The notes below the pieces were generated by a model. The model was not told the origin of the DNA. It ran no database searches and saw only the letters and a list, made by a program, of their open reading frames with translations. A stretch of DNA of 55,615 nucleotides, counting the filler, from Thelocarpon superellum (taxonomy: Eukaryota): assembly GCA_026025795.1 (NCBI GenBank). It is 2 parts of 2 records of this genome, joined end to end, with 100 filler letters (N's around TTAATTAATTAA, not from the genome) between each part and the next. Parts side by side here need not be neighbours in the genome. Positions count along the whole stretch, not along the records: positions 27,948 to 55,615 come from JAPEUG010000242.1; 1 more part is not named here. One strand, 5' to 3'. Of the stretch, positions 46,861-55,615 are shown piece by piece; position 1 is the first letter of the stretch, and every line of letters starts with the position of its first letter. A program made the position numbers and the translations under genes.

Positions 46861-49800
46861 ATGGGCAATCTTCGGGGTGCGGAGCTGGCGCTCCTCGAAT
46901 GGGTACGACGTCATCCCCATCGATGCGATGGGAGCCTGCTTCTGACCGTGGGCGTATTCAGATCAACGACTTCCCTTTCCCATTACCATCCAAGGTCATC
47001 GCCACCAAACAACTCAGCGATGGCCTCGTCCTATGGGAGATGCTCCGTACGCGACCCCCGACGCGTTTCGCCTTGTTCTGCTGTTGACTGACTCCCGGCT
47101 TCCGTGCAGGCAGCGTCGATCCCACATACTTTGGCCGGCGCAAGCTGCCGAGTCCAGAGATCAGGGATCCAGACTACTGGCTCCCCAAGTGGCAGAACGG
47201 TAGGTCGGCTCCGGTCCACGCAACCGTGGCACATGGCGAGACCTTTCCCGGGATATGCGGCTGAGCCTTGCACAGTCAAGCAACTTACCAAAGACGTTAT
47301 CAACTACCTCCGCGATGAGTGCGCCCAGACCTTGGGGGTGGATGAGGCCGCCGTGCCCAACACCAAGGCCATCGCCATGGCCAAGGAAGACTTTGCGCCG
47401 GAGATCATCAAGGTTGGTTGAAACGTTTGCCGCGCGCGGCCGTCATGAGACTCACCCCCTGCTCTAGCTGCTCAAGATCATCCTCATGGCCGCCGTCTAT
47501 TCACCCAATTCAAATGAGTTTCTGCAGAAAATGCCATCCTTGAGCTTCGATACGCAGGCCACCATCAAGAACATCATTGAAGAGGTGAGCCTAATGTTCG
47601 CCCGAGGCCGCACGATACATCCATGGTGCCCGGATTAACCCGGCGCAGATGTCCTCGGATAGTGCCGATGTCTCCGGGACAGCCTCGCCTGCCGGCAAGC
47701 GTGCCATGGATCCGTCGGCAAAGGGGTTCGTTGCAAATACTGGTCTCATCGTCGAAGAGCGCCTGAGTAAGGTGCTCGCCGAGAATGAGGAGCTTGTGCA
47801 GGACCGGCGCGAGCTCCAACAGGAGCTTGCGGAGCTACACAGTCGCCTGGTTCGCCTACAAGATAACAATGTAAAGTGTGCCTTCGTCTACCATCGGCTC
47901 ATGATCTGATGTCGCAAAGGACGTTTTACAGGATCGTTTGACCAATGCCGAAGATAAGTTAAAGGTCAACGGTGCTACCGGGAAGGGATATGGTAGTGAC
48001 GCTGATGCTGTCATTCGACGGCTCGAAGCTCGACTGTGGGTCTTCGTCCGTCTACTGTTGAGGATCTTCTTAGACTGATGTCTCCTAGACAAGAGCAAGA
48101 AGATATCATTGCGCATGACGAGGTGAAGCTGTCCGAGCTACAGACAGAACGCGACGAGCAGGACAAGACGGTCAGCGTCCTTGGTGCTGCGCATCGGGGG
48201 TCAGATGGCATGCTAACCGCACGATCAGATCGAGGATCAGCGTACGTCGTCAAGCAATGCCCTGAAACTGCAAGACGAACTCGACGAGGTCAAGATCGAG
48301 CGAGACGGTCTCGCGAAGAAAGCCAACGCGTTGGACAAGTATCGGCAAAAGCTTCAAGCAACGCAAGAGCTCGAGCACGAGAATCGCGAATTGCGCACCG
48401 AAATTGAGGAGATCCGACTCCAGTCGAAGCTGGCTGACGAGGACCGCCAACGCGCCCAAGGGCTCGAGATGACGGTGGAGCAATATCGACAAACCATCGA
48501 ACGGGTCGAGCAAGATTACTCGGAGCTGCAGACGATGAAGCGACGGCTCGAGCTTGACAACGCCGCCTTTGCCGAACGATGGGAGACGGCCAACGAACAA
48601 CAGGCGCGTGATAGTGAGATGATCGTGGAGCTGCAAGAGAAGGTGCGCGAGCTGGAATCGGGGGCTGTGCCAGGACTAGAAGAGAACGGTAGCCTGGAGA
48701 ATGAGCTGAACAACAGCGTCAAGACCAAGGCGGAACTGTACGCAAGTACCCCTCGACTGACGTGGTGGATGCTGACGAAATGCAGGCGGGCGGAGATCTC
48801 GAGGCTCAAGACCGAGATGCAGCAGATCAAGGCCGGTTCGGAAAGGGAGGCGAAGAACGTCATGTTGCAGAACCTCCTGCAAGATGCGAACAAGAAGCTC
48901 GCGTCACTGGAGAACAAGTACCTGGATACCTATCAAGCGCACCTCGTCGCCGAGTCCCAACTAAACTCATTGACGCGGGGCAAAGCGATGGACGGGTAGG
49001 TGGCCCGCAACCAGGGGAACGGAGAGGGTCGTGCTAACAGGCACAGGACGGAATCCTTTATCAAACTTCGCGAGAAGCATGGAAAGGCTCAAGAAGCGCT
49101 CTCGAGCCTGCAGAAACGTCTCCAAGAGCTGGAGTCCGACGGGTCCCGCTTGGATCGGGAGTTGAGTCAGGCCAAGCTGGACCGTATGCATCCGAAGAAA
49201 ATACCGCCGTCTCCTCCAGCGTCCATGCTAACTTTACGCAGTGAGCATGATCGGCAAAGACGAGCTCGAGGCGCTCGCGAAATTGAAGGAAGCCAACTCT
49301 GGGGAGGTCATCCAGTTGCGGGCTGAGAAGATGCAAGTTTCCAGTCGCAACGACGAGCTCAGCTTCAACCTGGACCAGCAGAAGTCTCTCCTGGATCGGA
49401 CGCTTCTCAAGCTCTCGCAGCAGCTGCATGAGACGCAGGTGTCAAGCGGAGACCTCAAGTCGACCATGGACCTGCTCAACGCGGCAAACAAGACGCGAGA
49501 TGATAACGGCAAGGAGGAGTTGGAGAAGCGTGTGCTTGAACAGCAGCAACAATTAAACAGCGATCGGAAGGTGGGATTATCCCAACTTCACCCTCGACTG
49601 GAGTCTGACCATCATGTCCAGGATATGGACAAGCGGCTCGAGACGATCGAAGCATTACGACAAGAAGCACTAGAGTCCAAAGAAGCTGCGGCCAAGGCCG
49701 AAGCGCAACTAAGGGCCGCACAGAAGGTACTTTGTCCTTTGATTGATGTCGTACAGACGGGTAGCGACAGGAAAGTCCGGGGAGCGAGGCTAACGGACGA

Positions 49801-50081
49801 CGGCGCGCACGCAGAACTCGGACACGCAAGAAGTGCAGATCCTCCGACGCGAGAACGCCCTCATGGCGACGGCATGGCACGATCTAACAAACCGACTGCA
49901 ACAATCCAACATCTCGGTCCAGCGCCGCGATGCACCAGGCCACAGCTTCCTCAATCGACAGCGCTTTCTTCTCAAATCTTCTTCGCCGGTAAGTTGATGC
50001 TTCGCCTCAGCGCGGGCCTTCTGCTCTGTTGCTGTCCCGACGATGAGCTAATTCCTTCATTCTCTCCTTCAGCGACGATAA
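46861..50081 (+). CDS. hookA: Hook-family dynein/early-endosome adaptor (HookA/Hok1-like); many introns
   Basis: N-terminal Hook domain ALLEW|INDF..QLSDGLVLWEML|..DPTYF..WLPKWQN|..|LLKIILMAAV; long coiled coils (LQDELDEVKIERDGLAKKANALDKYRQKL); C-terminal ENALMATAWHDL..SFLNRQR; 9-nt terminal coding exon 50073-50081. Confidence 0.88.
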
Positions 50082-50629
50082 CCATAACGACACGTCCACA
50101 TATGTCCTCCAACATCCGATCCCACCCTACTCTACCACGCACTCAATGAACAACGTACGCCAATGATCTATATTCAGCATACCATATCTTTCTTTCTTTG
50201 CCGCCGTCGTCTCCTTTTCCTCGTCACCCTTTCTCTGGCGTTCACGTTATACCTACCATACAGCTTACGACAGTGGCCCTATTGGATCTTGGTGGATTTC
50301 GCTTGGATAATCTGTATACCCCTCCTCACCTGCTCATTGTCTTTGCCCCGCTCGGCCCGATGTCCCTCCATTGTCCCTAGTTGTTCGCAGCCGTTGTGAG
50401 CTTTTTGTGAAATTGTGACATTATTCCCCCTAGACTATGTGGGTGTCTCCTTGATCGGTACATGTAGATTGAAACGAGTCTACGGGCTCTATGTTACGAG
50501 AAAAGCAGTAAGCTACCCCCTCCAGCAGCTGGGCAGTCTAGGATAAGAGGCGCAGATAGGCCGCACGCCAGAGCACCATGCGAGAGAAAGAGCCCGATAA
50601 TGCGCACGCGCGAACAGCGAAGAAAGTTA

Positions 50630-52010
50630 TCAGACCCACTCGATTGGTTTCCTCAGCACGCCCAGCAAGCGATCTTCACGACTGCCGCTCTCCGGCTCGT
50701 GCATATACTGCCATTGTGCGGTGAGGGGAAGGCTCATGAGGATGCTCTCGACGCGGGCGCCGGGCGTGTTCAGGCCGAAGCTAGTGCCGCGATCGTGGAC
50801 GAGATTGAACTCGACGTAGCGGCCGCGGCGCAGTTGCTGCCATTCTTTCTCGCGCGGCGTGAAGGGCAGGTCTTTGCGGCGCGTGATGATGGGCATGTAG
50901 GAGGGCAGGAAGGCATGGAGACAGTCCTGAACAAATGCGAAGAGGTTCTCTTGGTCTTTCTCCTCCGCGTCGAGGTCGTCGAAGAAGATCCCGCCCACGC
51001 CGCGGCTTTCGCCGCGGTGCTTCACGTTGAAGTACTCGTCGCACCATTTCTTGAAGCGCGGGTAGTACGTCCGGTCGTGCGCGTCGCACGCCTCTTTGAT
51101 GGTGCGGTGGAAGTGGATGGCGTCCTCGTCGAAGAGATAGCTGGGCGTCAGGTCGGTGCCGCCGCCAAACCACCACGCCTGGGGGTTTCCGTCGCCGTCG
51201 GCCGTCTCGAAGTAGCGGTAGTTGAGGTGCACGGTGGGTGCCATAGGGTTGTGCGGGTGCAGCACCATGCTCAGCCCGGCGGCGAAGAAGTCGAGCTTGT
51301 CGACGCTCGGGTCGATGGCCCGGTGGTTGACGCGCATCTTCTCGATGGCAGGGCGTGGCAGCGTGCCGTAAACCACCGAGGTGTTGACCCCGGCCTTCTC
51401 GAATACCTGCCCGTCTTGCAGCACGCACGAGATGCCTCCCCCGCCGTTCGGTCGGGTCCAGGTGTCGGTGCGGAAGGCCTTGCCGTCTAGCGTTTCCAGC
51501 TCACGTACGATCTCGGCTTGCTGCTCCTTGATAAACGCTTCCATCCGCAGCCGCATGGGCGAGGTAGATGTGACGCCCGACTCCCGTTTCTGGAGCGAGT
51601 CACGCTCTGCGATGGACGGAGGTTCGAGTCGCTCGTGAGGAGATCTCACCTGGCTTATGATCAGTGGCTTCTAGGGTGGCAGGGGCAGGTATGAGGCTTG
51701 CCGTTGAGTACATGATCGCTCCTACCACCGCCATGATGACGGAGCACTGGCCATACGCTACCCAGGACCCGGACGTTGATGGTGATGGTGCGAGGACCCG
51801 GTCGTGCATGCATTGTCTCTTCGAATGAAAGGTCTGCGACCTCAGCGGTCTTTGAAGAGGTCTTGATACGTTTGAGCCTAGCCATCGTAGACTGGGGCTC
51901 TTGAACGGCGCCATGGCGCTGATGCCCAGGAGCGATGGAAAATGACGAGTGGCTTGGACGGCTGATCGCGGGACAACGCCACGCCGATTGCCGAAGAAGC
52001 TTCGACTCAT
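50630..52010 (-). CDS. HEM13: Oxygen-dependent coproporphyrinogen III oxidase with N-terminal extension (start 52010 or 51914); 1 intron
   Basis: [87 protein letters not shown]. Confidence 0.95.
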
Positions 52011-52316
52011 GTTGGGTTACAGCTTGAACGTGCGGGACGGAGCCTGCGCAGATCTGAATTTGCTATGTGATTAGGTACTCGGCTAGAGGATCGAGCATCC
52101 ATTACGTGGTATGGGATAATCCGCGTCTAGATGCATGAAGGCATTTGTGTGGCTTCCGACGAAAGCAGGACGGATCTGCTGTCCTCGTACCTGCGCAAGC
52201 TTGGTTTAACATCAACCAAGCCCTTGTATCTCGAATTAGGCGCGAGATCAAATCCGCGAAGGCTAGCATTGCTACAGATCACCTCTGGTGCCTCCTCCCC
52301 TCGTGATCAAGTATCG

Positions 52317-52432
52317 AGTCACGCAGTGGGATGAGTGGCCTGCATCATGACGAGCAGTCACCTTCGCCTCGATGCGTGACTGACCTGAAGAGTAACATGA
52401 GCAAGTCAGGGTCTGGGGCCCAAGGCGTGACT
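52317..52432. promoter_or_regulatory. Cluster of three AGTCACGC 8-mers plus an AGTCAC variant in the HEM13/ATG8 divergent promoter
   Basis: AGTCACGC 52317-52324 (+), GCGTGACT 52374-52381 and 52425-52432 (-), AGTCAC 52356-52361. Confidence 0.4.
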
Positions 52433-52924
52433 TTCCAGCGCTAGACCGGTCTGGGTAGCCTCAGCAGGCAAGACGCTTCTGACCCTACGACCGACGCTGC
52501 TGGGAACATTAACATAACGTACTACTCGGGTCGCCCACGGTCAAAAGTGAGCACGCACAATGCCGCTCAAAACCTAAGTGAGGTGGTCCAAGGAGTCATG
52601 ACACTCGCCTCGGACGGTGCGAGTACTTGTGCTCGTGCGCGGGACCACCTCGGACCCAAGTCACCCACACGCGAGACTTCACCGCCACAGCCTCGCCGCG
52701 GCCGGATTATTACTCACCCCGCCTCAGGACCTCGTGTACTCGTCCGGCCTGTCGCCTAATCCTCCGCCATCACTTGCTCACTCGCTCACGTTCGACTCCA
52801 GCTGATCCATCCATCCTTCCATCTCTCCTCTTCATCAGGCCCCTTCCGCTATTGCCCGCGAACTCTCGTTCCCCCTCGAGTCGTACGCCGATAGAGCTCC
52901 CGGTTTGACTTCACATCCGCCATC

Positions 52925-53403
<479 letters not shown>

Positions 53404-55023
53404 AGGAGGCCACCCCAGTGATGCGACCATAATCTCTGACCCGGCGTTTGGTTCGTTGGTCTTTCACACGTGGTAGGGGTTGATGGATTCCGGATGATGA
53501 GCGGAGCAAGACGGTGCCTCTGCTGAGGCCGATGAGAGGCACACGCCAGGGCAGAAAGAGAGCAAGATGCGCTTCTGGATGTTGACGGACACGAATCAAG
53601 CTCCGTGACGTTATCGTGCCTGCCTAGCAGAATGTTCCGGTCGCGGCAGATGGAAATAGTCCTTTGATCCGGGCAATGCTCTCAGACAGAATCTGTCTAC
53701 CAACCCTTTGAAGGCCGCGGCCACGCCACGTAGTCACGATAGAATCGATTCTGCATGTTCAGCCGGATCACACAGTGCCGGTGTGCGAGTCCTGGTTCCT
53801 CGCCCGCCGTACATGTTCCCTCATGGAGCTCCTGGGCCGTCCGCGTCGTCGCCCAACAGTCGTGCCCGCCATGGTGGCGAGAGCCCTAGTCTTCTAGATC
53901 GGCAGTGAAATTGATCAGCATGCCTTCGCCACGAACCATGCCAATCCTGCTGGTGAAGCTTACCGGAGTGCAATGGCCAGGACCTCTTTTCCATCCTTGG
54001 CCCCTCCGTCTCGATCTCTCTCTTCCCGCGTGATGCGCAGTCCGGCGGCCGACACGCCGATGAAGACTGCGAAGACGGGGTCAAGGGTGCTAGAGCACGT
54101 GTGCGAGTGTCAGTTTGGTTGGGGCGACACGCCGCTGCTACATGGCGGTCTTACATACCGAGAGACTATATATTGATAGCGCGGCGCCGCGGCGGCCATG
54201 GCCGGGATCTATCTGCGACTTCTTCGCCCGAGGCAGCGAGATATGCAAGACCGTGTTGCGAGACGTAATGAGATGCACAGACGGCGGATTGAGCGAGGGT
54301 CTTTCGAGTAGGGAGATCACGTTGCGGGTGCTTGTCTTCAGGGAGCTTGCATCGTCCACGGAGCTGGGCTTCTACGCCGGCACGACCAAGCGGGTGGTCT
54401 GCCCACTAAACTGCGCGAGCCCGTGCCTATTGTCTGGCGATGGCCTCAGCCACGGCCAGGTTCAATCTACTTCTCACGTATCCTTACCAAGAATCGGACC
54501 ATTGCCTGAACCCGCCGCCCTTCATGCAGGCCCTGCTAGAGAGACCGCGCCCAAAGAGGGAATGATATGTGGGGTTGTTCCCTGCCGATGCTCTCACGGT
54601 CCATGCCGTCGCTTGGGCTCCAAGATCTCAAACGTGCTCGTGTTTCGTGGGCGCCTCTTCTCATGCGATGACGATGTCAGTAGCGACGGCAAAGAGCAAA
54701 CAAGTCGTATAACAGAAACGTTAAGCATAAACTCCATCGCTTGCGGGGCTGGATGGTGTTTCGGAAGCCACTCAGCATTCAAGATCTCGCTGATGTTAGC
54801 CTCACGCCGACCGCTCTCTTTCCGTCGTCATATCTTCAAGCACCGTCCAGGACGAATGAGGCCATGCGTCCATGCAGCAGTGTTTGGCCGTCGAGAAGAC
54901 TTAAAGGGTCCTCGGCCATGTCGAGACATGACCACCGCCGGATTCGACTTTCCTTGATCCTCGCCACAGAGTGCTGCGAAGCTCCCCTACGGTCATTCTC
55001 TCCTTGGGTTTGCCTTTGTCACG

Positions 55024-55615
55024 ATGTCTTTTCCCACGCTGCGGGTAGTGTCGGCGGTGGCGTCAACGATGGCGCTCCTCTCATCCTCCATGGCGGCGCC
55101 TCAAGAGCAGCGGTACCCATATAATGGTCAACACGCTGTGGGGCCGCAATTTCACACCACCTGCGTGGATCCGACGCCATATGCCGCCGAAGCCGTGTGC
55201 AGCCTGGCGGTTCATAATCTCATGGGCAACCTGACGGGCTCGACCTGGGACGCAGCGAATCCGAACGACGCGGACGTTCAAACGGTGACGATCCAAAACA
55301 ACACTCACTATTCCAAGACGGACAAAGGCGACCCCTCCCAGGGCGGCCGGTGTCTCGTCAACTTCCTCGTGGCGACGACGACCTCGTCCTCGCTCTCGGC
55401 TTCTCCCAGCGATATCTACCATGGGTGGGTGGAGGTCAGATGGCGCATCACGATCCCGGACTGACATACTCCGCTTCAGATTCGTGACCAACCTGCTCGG
55501 CTGCACGGCGAATCCGCTGTGGATGCACGGTCGAAGCACCGTGGTGGCGCCAGGGTACGGGACTTGGGAGATCATTGGGAATTGGGCAACGGCCGACATT
55601 CCCACAAACTTGGGC
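55024..55615 (+). CDS. Small secreted Cys-containing orphan protein; 1 intron; runs off the right edge
   Basis: Signal-like MSFPTLRVVSAVASTMALLSSSMAAP. Intron GTGGGT..CTGAC..CAG (~55425-55479) restores the frame ..DIYHG|FVTNLLGCTANPLWMHGRSTVVAPGYGTWEIIGNW.., open to the window end. Four Cys visible. Confidence 0.75.

Noticed and set aside
54115..54957. 280-aa ORF upstream of the last secreted gene
   Set aside because: Non-ATG start, Arg/Cys/Ser-rich random-looking composition and no recognisable domain; treated as intergenic.

Overview
Gene-dense, GC-rich, intron-containing DNA of a filamentous ascomycete (Pezizomycotina-type genes, short introns with CTRAY-like branch points). About 21 protein-coding genes can be reconstructed by hand-splicing. 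In order: an NLR-like gene (alpha/beta-hydrolase + NB-ARC + probable TPR; runs off the left edge), a Pth11-like membrane protein with a +1 frameshift, two uncharacterised proteins, a nitronate monooxygenase ending in SKL, mitoribosomal mL41, Utp14, a RIB2-type deaminase, a GH81 endo-beta-1,3-glucanase, a small secreted protein, Ggc1 (5' end lost in an artificial 100-nt gap spacer), a pterin carbinolamine dehydratase, ARMC8/Vid28, a Pho80/PREG cyclin, Vtc2/3, a Nudix hydrolase, Pcf11, an I9-type protease inhibitor, Hook, Hem13, Atg8 and a Cys-containing secreted protein running off the right edge. I saw no rRNA, tRNA, CRISPR array or transposon. Most of the window is ordinary housekeeping DNA, and I found no unambiguous new multi-gene system. 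The best leads are the NLR locus, the Pho80-Vtc2/3-Nudix neighbourhood, two orphan secreted proteins, a PPxY-bearing uncharacterised scaffold, a bipartite-presequence Hem13 and two clustered bHLH-type promoter motifs. All gene models and family calls come from manual motif recognition, not database searches.
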